From the NCBI RefSeq assembly GCF_003334335.1, contig NZ_QOWQ01000012.1: DNA of 64,000 nucleotides. One strand, given 5' to 3'. Made by a program: the position numbers and the translations under genes. Shown one piece after another: positions 1-16,232 of the stretch (position 1 is the stretch's first letter; every line of letters begins with the position of its first letter). The notes under the pieces were generated by a model that saw only the letters and a program-made list of their open reading frames with translations, ran no database searches and was not told the origin of the DNA. The DNA comes from Escherichia coli. Lineage in GTDB: Bacteria > Pseudomonadota > Gammaproteobacteria > Enterobacterales > Enterobacteriaceae.

Positions 1-408
1 GAAAAACTGGGGATCAACCCTGATTTTTACGAAAAACGTGACATCCACGTCCACGTACCGGAAGGTGCGACGCCGAAAGATGGTCCGAGTGCCGGTATTG
101 CTATGTGCACCGCGCTGGTTTCTTGCCTGACCGGTAACCCGGTTCGTGCCGATGTGGCAATGACCGGTGAGATCACTCTGCGTGGTCAGGTACTGCCGAT
201 CGGTGGTTTGAAAGAAAAACTCCTGGCAGCGCATCGCGGCGGGATTAAAACAGTGCTAATTCCGTTCGAAAATAAACGCGATCTGGAAGAGATTCCTGAC
301 AACGTAATTGCCGATCTGGACATTCATCCTGTGAAGCGCATTGAGGAAGTTCTGACTCTGGCGCTGCAAAATGAACCGTCTGGTATGCAGGTTGTGACTG
401 CAAAATAG
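1..408 (+). CDS. lon: Lon protease, C-terminal end (5'-partial; window starts inside the gene)
   Basis: Frame 1 is open from base 1 to the stop at 408; translation [41 protein letters not shown]...[10 protein letters not shown] matches the Lon proteolytic domain C-terminus; hupB follows as in E. coli. Confidence 0.9.
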   Translation, partial: EKLGINPDFYEKRDIHVHVPEGATPKDGPSAGIAMCTALVSCLTGNPVRADVAMTGEITLRGQVLPIGGLKEKLLAAHRGGIKTVLIPFENKRDLEEIPDNVIADLDIHPVKRIEEVLTLALQNEPSGMQVVTAK

Positions 409-440
409 TGACCTCGCGCAAAATGCACTAATAAAAACAG

Positions 441-478
441 GGCTGGCAGGCTAATTCGGGCTTGCCAGCCTTTTTTTG
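441..478 (+). terminator. Rho-independent terminator after lon
   Basis: GC hairpin ggctggcaggc...gcttgccagcc (442-470) followed by a T7 run (471-477). Confidence 0.7.
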
Positions 479-616
479 TCTCGCTAAGTTAGATGGCGGA
501 TCGGGCTTGCCCTTATTAAGGGGTGTTGTAAGGGGATGGCTGGCCTGATATAACTGCTGCGCGTTCGTACCTTGAAGGATTCAAGTGCGATATAAATTAT
601 AAAGAGGAAGAGAAGA

Positions 617-889
617 GTGAATAAATCTCAATTGATCGACAAGATTGCTGCAGGGGCTGATATCTCTAAAGCTGCGGCTGGCCGTGCGTTAGATGCTATT
701 ATTGCTTCCGTAACTGAATCTCTGAAAGAAGGGGATGATGTAGCACTGGTAGGTTTTGGTACTTTTGCCGTTAAAGAGCGTGCTGCCCGTACTGGCCGCA
801 ACCCGCAGACCGGTAAAGAGATCACCATCGCTGCTGCTAAAGTACCGAGCTTCCGTGCAGGTAAAGCACTGAAAGACGCGGTAAACTAA
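617..889 (+). CDS. hupB: DNA-binding protein HU-beta
   Basis: 90 aa from a GTG start; [32 protein letters not shown]...[12 protein letters not shown] is the HU-beta sequence. Confidence 0.95.
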
Positions 890-1080
890 GCGTTGTCCCC
901 AGTGGGGATGTGACGAAGTTCAAGGGCGCATCTACTGATGTGCCTTTTTTATTTGTATTCGGTGACTTTCTGCGTCTTGTGGGCTGACAATTGCCCCCGT
1001 TTCTTGTCACAATAGGCCTTTGCGCGCATCGATACGTTGCGTGAGGTACACAGTCATCTACAGCGGAGTGTTGTTACACC

Positions 1081-3526
<2,446 letters not shown>

Positions 3527-3567
3527 TGACCTCTGTACTTATAACAACAACGTAAGGTTATTGCGCT

Positions 3568-3966
3568 ATGCAAACACAAATCAAAGTTCGTGGATATCAT
3601 CTCGACGTTTACCAGCACGTCAACAACGCCCGCTACCTTGAATTTCTCGAAGAAGCCCGCTGGGATGGGTTGGAAAATAGCGACAGTTTTCAGTGGATGA
3701 CGGCCCATAACATCGCCTTCGTCGTGGTCAATATCAATATTAACTATCGTCGCCCAGCGGTATTAAGTGACCTGTTAACTATTACCAGTCAGTTGCAGCA
3801 ATTAAACGGTAAAAGCGGCATCTTAAGCCAGGTCATTACACTGGAGCCGGAAGGGCAGGTGGTAGCGGATGCGCTTATTACGTTTGTTTGTATTGATCTT
3901 AAAACGCAGAAAGCATTAGCTCTGGAAGGGGAATTGCGCGAAAAGCTGGAGCAGATGGTTAAGTAA
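3568..3966 (+). CDS. fadM: Long-chain acyl-CoA thioesterase III (hot-dog fold)
   Basis: 132 aa; MQTQIKVRGYHLDVYQHVNNARYLEFLEEARWDG is a 4HBT-type thioesterase N-terminus; length matches FadM/YbaW. Confidence 0.85.
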   Translation: MQTQIKVRGYHLDVYQHVNNARYLEFLEEARWDGLENSDSFQWMTAHNIAFVVVNININYRRPAVLSDLLTITSQLQQLNGKSGILSQVITLEPEGQVVADALITFVCIDLKTQKALALEGELREKLEQMVK

Positions 3967-4017
3967 ACGTTTTGTGGTGCCGGATGCTCAAGCCGCATCC
4001 GGCGACACCCGGAATAA

Positions 4018-4713
4018 TTACCTCAACCCGGTTTTCTGCTTCATCGCTGCCATCACCGTCGGTTTATCGGCCAGATAATGATTCAAACCGTTGGCGCGTA
4101 AATTACATGCCGCACAATGACCGCAACCGTCGCCTTTAAAGCCGTTATAGCAGGTCAACGTTTCGTTACGGACTAAATCCAGTTTGCCGTAATAATCTGC
4201 CAGCGCCCAGGTTTCCGCTTTATCAATCCACATCAGCGGCGTTTCAAAACGAATATCTTTCGCCATGCCCAAACTGACGGCATGGTTTAGTGCTTTCACA
4301 AACTCATCGCGGCAATCCGGGTAGCCGGAGAAATCCGTTTCGCAGACGCCAGTAATTACGGCTTCTGCTTTTACCTGATACGCATATATTGCCGCCAGCG
4401 TCAGGAACAAAATATTACGCCCTGGGACAAACGTATTCGGGATACCATCGGCTTCAGGTTCATAATCAGGCACCGGAATGCTGTCACGCGTCAGGCTACT
4501 GACCGCCAGCTCGTTGAGCAGGGTGACATCCAGCACCTTATGCGCGCGTGCCCCCAGTTTCAGCGCCAGTTCGCGTGCCACGTCGATTTCTGCGCGATGC
4601 CGCTGACCGTAATCGAACGTCACGCAATGGACTTCATCATATTGTTGTAATGCCTGCACCAGACAGGTGGTGGAATCCTGACCTCCACTGAACACAACGA
4701 CAGCACGTTTCAT
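4018..4713 (-). CDS. queC: 7-cyano-7-deazaguanine synthase (queuosine biosynthesis)
   Basis: 231 aa; [20 protein letters not shown]-loop ATPase motif (SGGxDS) and C-terminal Zn-binding cysteines (CGHCAAC). Confidence 0.95.
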   Translation of the reverse strand: MKRAVVVFSGGQDSTTCLVQALQQYDEVHCVTFDYGQRHRAEIDVARELALKLGARAHKVLDVTLLNELAVSSLTRDSIPVPDYEPEADGIPNTFVPGRNILFLTLAAIYAYQVKAEAVITGVCETDFSGYPDCRDEFVKALNHAVSLGMAKDIRFETPLMWIDKAETWALADYYGKLDLVRNETLTCYNGFKGDGCGHCAACNLRANGLNHYLADKPTVMAAMKQKTGLR

Positions 4714-4777
4714 AGATAATCCTGCTTGAACAATAAAAGCGTTATGGTAACGCCTGCGATTAACCCGGACCAGCTAT

Positions 4778-6478
4778 TCATTGCGATGGCGCGGGAAGCC
4801 AGGCTTCGGTAAATTCAAACCAGCCGCGCGGTGTCAGTCGCACACCGTTCACGCCGGGAGGGGCACTAATGCGATAGTGATAGTTGAACAGCGGCGTCAG
4901 CGTCGCATCTGTCATTAACTGGCTAAAAACCGCTTTCAGGGCATTAAATCGGTTTTCTTCATCAGGCATTATTTGCACGGCATCCAGTGTCGATTGTAGA
5001 TGTGCGTATGCTGGAGCGTCGAAAACATGTGGCCACAGCGGATCGCAGCGCAGCCATTGCTCCAGAGTATATTCCGGTGCTTCGCCAATTAATCTGTCGC
5101 CCATCATGAGGTCTGCGTGTGCCTGTAGGGTCGTGTCGTCCCAGTTTTTTGCGTTATGAAAAATAATTGTGAGTTCACAGCCTTCCGCTGCCAGTGTCGC
5201 CTGTAGGCGTTCTGCCATGGTATGAAGTTCTATCGGTAGGTGATAAACCAGCGTCAAGGTTTTCGGTAGTTTGACTTCATCCGGTACCTGCCAATGCGGA
5301 ATAGTCCAGCCTGGCAGTAATGCATGACTGGCGGTGATCAGGTTTTCTCCGACTTCTAACGTTTGTAATAAACCGGATTGATGAATAATGGAGATCACTT
5401 TTCGCGCCTGCCAGAGGGAGAGTCGGGGACTTTTGCGCAACGTCAAATAGCAAAAACCTAAACTGATGCCGCTACTGACCTGGCTGACCCGTTGCAGCTC
5501 CTCCGGTTTGCCGATGGTGATTTGCACGGGATGCCGACAACTGGTTCCCAAATCTTTTTCGAAAAGCGGCGGAGTTATCCAGTACTCAACCGCTTTAAGC
5601 AGCGGATGACGTAAATGGTAATAATCATGGCTTTCCAGGCGCACCAGCTCTGCTGTGAATTGTGTTAAGCGAAAAGGACCCGTGCCGATCAGTGGGAATT
5701 GCGGATGCGCCAGATGGCTGCAATAGCTCGCCAGCCGGTGCGCAAGCCAGTAATCAGGGCGATGTAAAAAGAAGGTCAGACACTGCGGATGGGTGACTTC
5801 AATACGCTTCACGCTAATAAATAATTGATCCAGTGCTGGCAGTTGTAACAGCATCAATAATCGCTGGTGTAAGTGTGAGGCTTTTACTGCATCGCCGTTA
5901 TGCCAGTGTAGGGTTGAACGAAGATAAAAGTCCCAGCGTAACCCGTCAGTAGAGGTTTCCCAGTGATGCGCTAAATCGCCAATCGGGCGCTGAGTATTAT
6001 TATCGAAGCGGGTCAGGCCGGAAAATATCTGCCCGGCGAGATGCTGCTCGGCACGGCCGGGCAAAAAGCCTGGTTGTAGCGGTTCGAGCGGGCGATAGTA
6101 GGGAATACGCAACGTGGGTGTATCGTTTTGCCATTGTCCGCCCATAAACGGCTGTAACAGAGTGCGCAGCTCACCTGGGGCCAGTTGCGCCAGCTCCAGC
6201 ACATCTTGCTGCTTTCCGGTTTCCAGTGCCTGTTCCATCATCGCATTGCGTAGCGATTCCGGCGTGACCAGAAAGCGTAATTGTCCGCGCTTTCCGCGTC
6301 CTGACTGCGCCTGCCACTCCAGCCATCCCGCCTCCTGTGCCTGACGCAACAGCGTACGAACATGGCGTTCGCTGCAAAAACAGCGTTCGGCCAGTTCGCT
6401 GACGGTGACGGTTTGCGGCTTTCCGGCGGAAGGTTGCCACAGACGTTGATACTGGTTAAGACGGTTGAGCAATCGCAT
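4778..6478 (-). CDS. ybaE: SgrR-like regulator/solute-binding-domain protein (N-terminal HTH, SBP family-5-like C-terminus)
   Basis: Track ORF 4778..6493 (571 aa); I prefer the internal ATG at 6478 (MRLLNRLNQYQRLWQ..., 566 aa), the length I recall for YbaE. Confidence 0.75.
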   Translation of the reverse strand: MRLLNRLNQYQRLWQPSAGKPQTVTVSELAERCFCSERHVRTLLRQAQEAGWLEWQAQSGRGKRGQLRFLVTPESLRNAMMEQALETGKQQDVLELAQLAPGELRTLLQPFMGGQWQNDTPTLRIPYYRPLEPLQPGFLPGRAEQHLAGQIFSGLTRFDNNTQRPIGDLAHHWETSTDGLRWDFYLRSTLHWHNGDAVKASHLHQRLLMLLQLPALDQLFISVKRIEVTHPQCLTFFLHRPDYWLAHRLASYCSHLAHPQFPLIGTGPFRLTQFTAELVRLESHDYYHLRHPLLKAVEYWITPPLFEKDLGTSCRHPVQITIGKPEELQRVSQVSSGISLGFCYLTLRKSPRLSLWQARKVISIIHQSGLLQTLEVGENLITASHALLPGWTIPHWQVPDEVKLPKTLTLVYHLPIELHTMAERLQATLAAEGCELTIIFHNAKNWDDTTLQAHADLMMGDRLIGEAPEYTLEQWLRCDPLWPHVFDAPAYAHLQSTLDAVQIMPDEENRFNALKAVFSQLMTDATLTPLFNYHYRISAPPGVNGVRLTPRGWFEFTEAWLPAPSQ

Positions 6479-6577
6479 ATAAACCCGGAACAATATTATT
6501 TAACTATTCACTATTACTTCCGTATATATCAGGTGATACTCAATCACCATTAACCGTGTCACAGAGTGGAGAAAGAA

Positions 6578-7396
6578 ATGGCTCGTCTGGCAGCATTTGA
6601 TATGGATGGCACTTTATTGATGCCTGACCATCATTTAGGTGAGAAAACCCTCTCTACTTTGGCGCGACTGCGTGAACGCGACATTACCCTCACTTTTGCC
6701 ACGGGGCGTCATGCGCTGGAGATGCAGCATATTCTCGGGGCGCTATCGCTGGATGCGTATTTGATTACCGGCAACGGAACGCGCGTGCATTCTCTGGAAG
6801 GTGAACTTTTACATCGTGATGATTTACCTGCGGATGTCGCGGAGCTGGTGCTGTATCAGCAATGGGATACCCGAGCCAGCATGCATATCTTCAATGACGA
6901 CGGTTGGTTTACCGGGAAAGAGATCCCTGCGTTGTTGCAGGCATTTGTCTATAGCGGTTTTCGTTATCAGATAATCGATGTCAAAAAAATGCCACTCGGC
7001 AGCGTCACCAAGATCTGCTTCTGTGGCGATCACGACGATCTTACACGCTTGCAGATCCAGCTATACGAAGCATTAGGCGAGCGTGCACATTTGTGTTTTT
7101 CCGCCACGGATTGCCTCGAAGTGCTGCCGGTGGGCTGCAATAAAGGCGCTGCATTGACGGTGCTGACCCAACATTTAGGTTTATCGTTGCGCGATTGCAT
7201 GGCCTTTGGTGATGCGATGAACGATCGCGAAATGTTAGTCAGCGTCGGTAGCGGATTTATTATGGGCAATGCGATGCCGCAACTGCGCGCGGAGCTCCCG
7301 CATTTACCGGTGATTGGACATTGCCGAAATCAGGCTGTCTCTCACTATTTGACGCACTGGCTGGACTATCCACATCTACCTTATTCCCCCGAATAA
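6578..7396 (+). CDS. cof: HAD-family HMP-PP phosphatase Cof
   Basis: Track ORF begins at GTG 6566; ATG 6578 with GGAG 8 nt upstream gives the 272-aa Cof protein ([14 protein letters not shown]..., HAD motif DxDGT). Confidence 0.85.
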
Positions 7397-7411
7397 CGAG
7401 ATCCCTTCCAG

Positions 7412-7438
7412 CACCGGGCAATTGCCCGGTTTTTTTTG
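7412..7438 (+). terminator. Rho-independent terminator after cof
   Basis: Perfect hairpin ccgggcaattgcccgg (7414-7429) followed by T8 (7430-7437). Confidence 0.8.
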
Positions 7439-7548
7439 CGTTGAATTTGTCATTTTGTGCCGTGGTGTTTAAACCGCACAGAATAAATTGTCGTGATTTC
7501 ACCTTTAAAATAAAATTAAAAGAGAAAAAAATTCTCTGTGGAAGGGCT

Positions 7549-8007
7549 ATGTTAGATAAAATTGACCGTAAGCTGCTGGCCTTACTGCAGCAGGATTGCA
7601 CCCTCTCTTTGCAGGCACTGGCTGAAGCCGTTAATCTGACAACCACCCCTTGCTGGAAGCGCCTGAAACGGCTGGAGGACGACGGTATCCTTATCGGCAA
7701 AGTCGCCCTGCTGGATCCGGAAAAAATAGGCCTCGGCCTGACCGCTTTTGTGCTGATAAAAACGCAACATCACAGCAGCGAATGGTATTGCCGCTTTGTC
7801 ACGGTGGTTACCGAAATGCCAGAAGTGCTGGGGTTCTGGCGCATGGCTGGTGAATACGATTATCTGATGCGCGTCCAGGTTGCCGACATGAAACGCTACG
7901 ACGAGTTTTATAAGCGTCTGGTAAACAGCGTGCCGGGGCTGTCGGACGTCACTTCCAGCTTCGCGATGGAACAGATTAAATACACCACTTCTTTACCCAT
8001 CGAATAA
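7549..8007 (+). CDS. decR: Lrp/AsnC-family transcriptional regulator
   Basis: Track ORF 7321..8007 is over-extended; ATG at 7549 ([48 protein letters not shown]...) gives 152 aa with an AsnC-type HTH and RAM domain (YbaO/DecR). Confidence 0.85.
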
Positions 8008-8036
8008 ATATCCAGAATCAGGTCAGGACACAACGC

Positions 8037-11583
<3,547 letters not shown>

Positions 11584-11695
11584 ATAGCGCAATATTTCAT
11601 CGTTGGTGCAAAAATGTAACGCACTGTGCACTGTCATAGTGCGTTTTCATTTTCAAACTTCTTAACTTCCTGCTCTCTTTCTCGTTTTTCATTTC

Positions 11696-11711
11696 TGGCA
11701 CACCGCTTGCA
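11696..11711 (+). promoter_or_regulatory. Candidate sigma54 (-24/-12) promoter upstream of glnK-amtB
   Basis: TGGCAC-N5-TTGCA (tggcacaccgcttgca) about 50 bp upstream of the glnK ATG; TGCAC...GTGCG dyad-like elements at ~11615-11660 are possible NtrC sites. Confidence 0.7.
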
Positions 11712-11763
11712 ATACCTTCTTCGTGTAGCAGAACCATTACCGAATTCTGACCGGAGGGGATCT

Positions 11764-12102
11764 ATGAAGCTGGTGACCGTGATAATCAAACCATTCAAGC
11801 TGGAAGACGTTCGTGAAGCGTTATCTTCCATTGGTATTCAGGGCCTGACCGTCACCGAAGTGAAAGGTTTCGGGCGTCAGAAAGGGCATGCCGAGCTGTA
11901 CCGGGGGGCGGAATACAGCGTCAATTTCCTGCCAAAAGTAAAAATTGATGTGGCGATTGCTGATGACCAACTCGATGAAGTGATCGATATCGTCAGTAAG
12001 GCGGCTTACACCGGAAAAATTGGCGACGGCAAAATCTTCGTCGCTGAATTGCAACGCGTCATTCGTATTCGTACCGGCGAAGCCGACGAAGCGGCGCTGT
12101 AA
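11764..12102 (+). CDS. glnK: Nitrogen regulatory protein PII-2
   Basis: Track ORF 11626..12102 is over-extended; ATG at 11764 gives 112 aa MKLVTVIIKPFKLEDVREALSSIGIQGLTVTEVKGFGRQKGH... with the T-loop uridylylation region (RGAEY). Confidence 0.95.
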   Translation: MKLVTVIIKPFKLEDVREALSSIGIQGLTVTEVKGFGRQKGHAELYRGAEYSVNFLPKVKIDVAIADDQLDEVIDIVSKAAYTGKIGDGKIFVAELQRVIRIRTGEADEAAL

Positions 12103-12131
12103 TCTCTGGCACACAGCAACAGGAACGAAAA

Positions 12132-13418
12132 ATGAAGATAGCGACGATAAAAACTGGGCTTGCTTCACTGGCGATGCTTCCGGGACTGGTAATGGCTGCA
12201 CCTGCGGTGGCCGATAAAGCCGACAATGCGTTTATGATGATTTGTACTGCGCTGGTGCTGTTTATGACTATTCCGGGGATTGCCCTGTTTTACGGTGGGT
12301 TGATTCGCGGCAAAAACGTGCTGTCGATGCTGACGCAGGTGACGGTGACATTTGCACTGGTCTGTATTCTCTGGGTGGTTTACGGTTACTCGCTGGCGTT
12401 TGGTGAGGGCAACAACTTCTTCGGCAACATTAACTGGTTGATGCTGAAAAACATCGAACTGACGGCGGTGATGGGCAGCATTTATCAGTATATCCACGTG
12501 GCGTTTCAGGGATCGTTTGCCTGCATTACCGTCGGCTTGATAGTTGGGGCGCTGGCGGAACGAATCCGCTTCTCAGCTGTGTTGATTTTCGTGGTGGTAT
12601 GGCTGACGCTCTCTTACATTCCGATTGCGCATATGGTGTGGGGCGGTGGTTTGCTGGCTTCTCACGGTGCGCTGGATTTCGCGGGTGGCACCGTGGTGCA
12701 CATTAACGCCGCAATCGCCGGTCTGGTGGGCGCGTATCTGATAGGAAAACGCGTGGGCTTCGGTAAAGAGGCGTTTAAACCGCACAACCTGCCGATGGTC
12801 TTCACCGGGACTGCCATTCTCTATATCGGTTGGTTTGGCTTTAACGCCGGGTCAGCGGGCACGGCGAATGAAATCGCGGCACTGGCATTTGTGAATACTG
12901 TGGTCGCAACGGCGGCGGCAATTCTTGGCTGGATCTTCGGTGAATGGGCGCTGCGTGGTAAGCCTTCACTGCTGGGGGCGTGTTCTGGCGCGATTGCCGG
13001 TCTGGTCGGCGTGACGCCAGCCTGCGGCTACATTGGGGTTGGCGGCGCGTTGATTATCGGCGTGGTAGCTGGTCTGGCGGGCTTGTGGGGCGTTACCATG
13101 CTCAAACGCTTGCTGCGGGTGGATGATCCCTGCGATGTCTTCGGTGTGCACGGCGTTTGTGGCATTGTCGGCTGTATCATGACCGGGATTTTTGCCGCCA
13201 GCTCGCTGGGCGGCGTGGGCTTCGCTGAAGGTGTGACGATGGGCCATCAGTTGCTGGTACAGCTGGAAAGCATCGCCATTACGATCGTCTGGTCCGGTGT
13301 TGTGGCATTTATCGGCTACAAATTGGCGGATCTGACGGTTGGTCTGCGTGTACCGGAAGAGCAGGAGCGAGAAGGGCTGGATGTCAACAGCCACGGCGAG
13401 AATGCCTATAACGCGTAA
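12132..13418 (+). CDS. amtB: Ammonium channel AmtB
   Basis: 428 aa; signal peptide then 11-TM Amt/MEP protein; directly downstream of glnK. Confidence 0.95.
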   Translation: MKIATIKTGLASLAMLPGLVMAAPAVADKADNAFMMICTALVLFMTIPGIALFYGGLIRGKNVLSMLTQVTVTFALVCILWVVYGYSLAFGEGNNFFGNINWLMLKNIELTAVMGSIYQYIHVAFQGSFACITVGLIVGALAERIRFSAVLIFVVVWLTLSYIPIAHMVWGGGLLASHGALDFAGGTVVHINAAIAGLVGAYLIGKRVGFGKEAFKPHNLPMVFTGTAILYIGWFGFNAGSAGTANEIAALAFVNTVVATAAAILGWIFGEWALRGKPSLLGACSGAIAGLVGVTPACGYIGVGGALIIGVVAGLAGLWGVTMLKRLLRVDDPCDVFGVHGVCGIVGCIMTGIFAASSLGGVGFAEGVTMGHQLLVQLESIAITIVWSGVVAFIGYKLADLTVGLRVPEEQEREGLDVNSHGENAYNA

Positions 13419-13435
13419 CAAGCACTGCAAAAAAC

Positions 13436-13468
13436 AGCCGGACGGTTTTCACCTCCGGCTATTTTTTT
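13436..13468. terminator. Bidirectional terminator between convergent amtB and tesB
   Basis: Hairpin agccggacgg-ttttcac-ctccggct flanked by A-run (5') and T-run (3'). Confidence 0.7.
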
Positions 13469-14327
13469 AATTGTGATTACGCATCACCCCTTCCTGAACG
13501 GTCGAGGCAACCAGTACGCCGTCTTGGGTATAAAACTCACCGCGCACAAAGCCACGTGCGCTGGACGCCGAGGTGCTCTCCACGCTATACAGCAGCCATT
13601 CATTCAAATTAAACGGGCGATGGAACCACATGGAATGGTCAATGGTGGCAATCTGAATCCCCGGTTCGAGAAAACCGATGCCGTGCGGCTGTAGAGCTAC
13701 CGGCAGGAAGTTAAGATCAGAAGCGTAACCGAGCAGATACTGATGAACGCGCAGGTCATCCGGCACGCTACCATTTGCGCGGATCCACACCTGACGATGT
13801 GGTTCTGCGACGTGACCTTTCAGTGGGTTATGAAACTCCACCGGACGGACTTCCAGCGGACGATCGCAGATGAATTTATCTTTCAGCACTGGCGGCAGCA
13901 GGTGCGCCAGCGATTGGGCGATTTGCGTTTCCGAAGGTAGGCCATCAGGCGCTGGCGCGGACGGCATTGTTTTTTGATGTTCGAAACCCGCTTCTGGTGC
14001 CTGGAAAGAGGCAGTCATATAAAAAATCGGTTTGCCGTTTTGAATAGCAGCAACCCGGCGGGCGCTGAAGCTGTTACCGTCACGCAGCGTTTCGACATCA
14101 TAAATAATCGGCTTCTTACTATCGCCAGGGCGAAGAAAGTAGCTGTGAAACGAATGTACCAGCCGCTCTTCAGGGACGGTCTCTTTTGCAGCATACAAGG
14201 CCTGACCCACGACCTGGCCGCCAAACACCTGGCGTAAACCTAAATCTTCACTCTGGCCGCGAAAGAGTCCTTCCTCAATTTTTTCCAGATTTAACAATGT
14301 CAGTAAATTTTTTAGCGCCTGACTCAT
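13467..14327 (-). CDS. tesB: Acyl-CoA thioesterase II
   Basis: Track ORF 292 aa; internal ATG at 14327 gives the 286-aa TesB ([44 protein letters not shown]...). Confidence 0.9.
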
Positions 14328-14544
14328 ATAACTCTCCAGTAACAAAGCTGCCGCAGCAAGCCAAAGTGAGTTGAGTATAACGCAAATTTGCTACTGGTCT
14401 GATGGGTGCAATGGTCTGAATTACGGGCTAATTACAGGCAGAAATGCGTGATGTGTGCCACACTTGTTGACGTTACTATTTTGTTAACCACTCTTCCGGC
14501 GAGGAAAGTTAGCCCGCTGGTGCATTGATAATAAGGAGAAATGA

Positions 14545-15117
14545 ATGAAACTCGTGCACATGGCCAGTGGTTTAGCGGTTGCGATTGCGTTGGCGGCTTG
14601 CGCAGATAAAAGCGCGGATATTCAGACGCCAGCACCGGCTGCAAATACGTCTATTTCAGCAACACAACAACCAGCTATCCAGCAACCGAATGTCTCCGGT
14701 ACCGTCTGGATCCGTCAGAAAGTCGCACTGCCGCCTGATGCTGTGCTGACCGTGACACTTTCTGACGCGTCGTTAGCCGATGCACCGTCAAAAGTGCTGG
14801 CGCAGAAAGCGGTGCGTACTGAAGGTAAACAGTCACCATTCAGCTTTGTTCTGCCATTTAACCCGGCAGATGTTCAGCCGAACGCGCGTATTCTGTTGAG
14901 TGCGGCGATTACCGTGAATGACAAACTGGTATTTATCACCGATACCGTTCAGCCGGTGATCAACCAGGGCGGAACTAAAGCCGACCTGACATTGGTGCCG
15001 GTACAGCAAACCGCCGTGCCGGTTCAGGCCAGCGGTGGCGCAACGACTACCGTACCTTCGACTTCACCAACTCAGGTGAATCCGTCTTCGGCAGTTCCAG
15101 CTCCTACGCAATATTAA
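14545..15117 (+). CDS. ybaY: Outer-membrane lipoprotein YbaY
   Basis: 190 aa; lipoprotein signal with lipobox LAAC (MKLVHMASGLAVAIALAACADKS); Pro/Thr-rich C-terminus. Confidence 0.85.
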   Translation: MKLVHMASGLAVAIALAACADKSADIQTPAPAANTSISATQQPAIQQPNVSGTVWIRQKVALPPDAVLTVTLSDASLADAPSKVLAQKAVRTEGKQSPFSFVLPFNPADVQPNARILLSAAITVNDKLVFITDTVQPVINQGGTKADLTLVPVQQTAVPVQASGGATTTVPSTSPTQVNPSSAVPAPTQY

Positions 15118-15123
15118 GCGACG

Positions 15124-15150
15124 TTAACCCTCTCCGCCCGGAGAGGGTTA
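15124..15150. terminator. GC-rich palindromic hairpin between convergent ybaY and atl
   Basis: taaccctctcc-gccc-ggagagggtta, a perfect 11-bp inverted repeat; overlaps the atl stop codon. Confidence 0.6.
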
Positions 15151-15537
15151 GTAGTTCCAGCGATAACGCTGCAAGTCGATTTGCCCGCTTCCCGATACCA
15201 TCACACCTTCTGCCAGTAATGCCTGTCGCTGACGCTGTAAATCCGGTCCGGTTAGCGAAATTGTGCCGTGGCGATTAACCACCCGGTGCCAGGGTAAGGT
15301 GCTGCCTTCAGGGAGACGCTTTAACACACCGCCCACCTGGCGCGCGGCGCGGGGCGATCCCGCCAGTTTCGCCACATCACCGTAAGTGGTGACATAGCCT
15401 TCGGGAATAGCGGCGACGATTTGCCAGACGCGTTGGGGAAATGAATCTTCTTTTTCCATCTTTTCTTCCTGAGGTAATTTTTCAGCATAATCTGGAAAAA
15501 CGCCCGAGTGAAGTCGCATTGCGCAAGAAACCAGCAT
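15148..15537 (-). CDS. atl: Alkyltransferase-like DNA-damage recognition protein (MGMT-like, lacks active Cys)
   Basis: Track ORF starts at a TTG (15558); ATG at 15537 gives 129 aa MLVSCAMRLHSGVF...PWHRVVNRHG (PWHRV motif of the O6-alkylguanine transferase-like fold). Confidence 0.75.
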   Translation of the reverse strand: MLVSCAMRLHSGVFPDYAEKLPQEEKMEKEDSFPQRVWQIVAAIPEGYVTTYGDVAKLAGSPRAARQVGGVLKRLPEGSTLPWHRVVNRHGTISLTGPDLQRQRQALLAEGVMVSGSGQIDLQRYRWNY

Positions 15538-15837
15538 CTGGCACGCGATGGGTTGCAATTAGCCGGGGCAGCAGTGATAATGCGCCTGCGCGTTGGTTCT
15601 CAACGCTCTCAATGGGGGCTCTGTTGGTTCTCCCGCAACGCTACTCTGTTTACCAGGTCAGGTCCGGAAGGAAGCAGCCAAGGCAGATGACGCGTGTGCC
15701 GGGATGTAGCTGGCAGGGCCCCCACCCATTTCTGCCTCCCACCGTTTCGTCAAAAAATCCCAACATGGCTAAACTTTAACCACAACTGACGTCGCAAGAA
15801 TTGTCTGGCTGCGCAGTACGCTTCGGAGGTATGTCTG

Positions 15838-16191
15838 ATGAAGTATGTTGATGGTTTTGTGGTTGCCGTTCCTGCCGATAAAAAGGATGCCTATCGGGAA
15901 ATGGCCGCTAAGGCTGCGCCATTGTTTAAAGAGTTTGGCGCGCTTCGTATTGTCGAATGCTGGGCCAGCGATGTACCGGATGGCAAAGTGACCGATTTTC
16001 GTATGGCGGTGAAAGCGGAAGAGAATGAAGAGGTTGTCTTTAGCTGGATTGAATACCCTTCAAAAGAGGTCCGCGACGCTGCTAATCAAAAGATGATGTC
16101 GGACCCACGGATGAAAGAGTTCGGCGAGTCCATGCCGTTTGACGGCAAGCGAATGATCTATGGCGGATTCGAGTCAATCATCGACGAATAG
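15838..16191 (+). CDS. ybaA: DUF1428-family protein YbaA
   Basis: 117 aa; MKYVDGFVVAVPADKKDAYREMAAKAAPLFKEFGALRIVECW...; function unknown. Confidence 0.8.
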   Translation: MKYVDGFVVAVPADKKDAYREMAAKAAPLFKEFGALRIVECWASDVPDGKVTDFRMAVKAEENEEVVFSWIEYPSKEVRDAANQKMMSDPRMKEFGESMPFDGKRMIYGGFESIIDE

Positions 16192-16232
16192 GTAGCGTGA
16201 CGGGCTGTGCGGCGTGCCGTCAGCCCAAAAAT

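Noticed and set aside
898-960. Possible terminator after hupB
   Set aside because: A T-run is present (about 946-952) but I could not identify a convincing GC-rich stem immediately upstream by eye; left unannotated.
960-1080. Possible heat-shock or envelope-stress promoter upstream of ppiD
   Set aside because: No clear match to sigma32 or sigma-E consensus could be read with confidence in this stretch; a PWM scan is needed.
7321-7548. Upstream 76-codon extension of the decR (ybaO) ORF in the track
   Set aside because: The extension runs through the cof terminator hairpin and T-run (7412-7438), and the Lrp/AsnC-family N-terminus begins at the ATG at 7549.
11626-11763. Upstream 46-codon extension of the glnK ORF
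   Set aside because: The extension covers the sigma54 promoter region; PII proteins are ~112 aa and begin MKLVTVIIKPFKL at the ATG at 11764.
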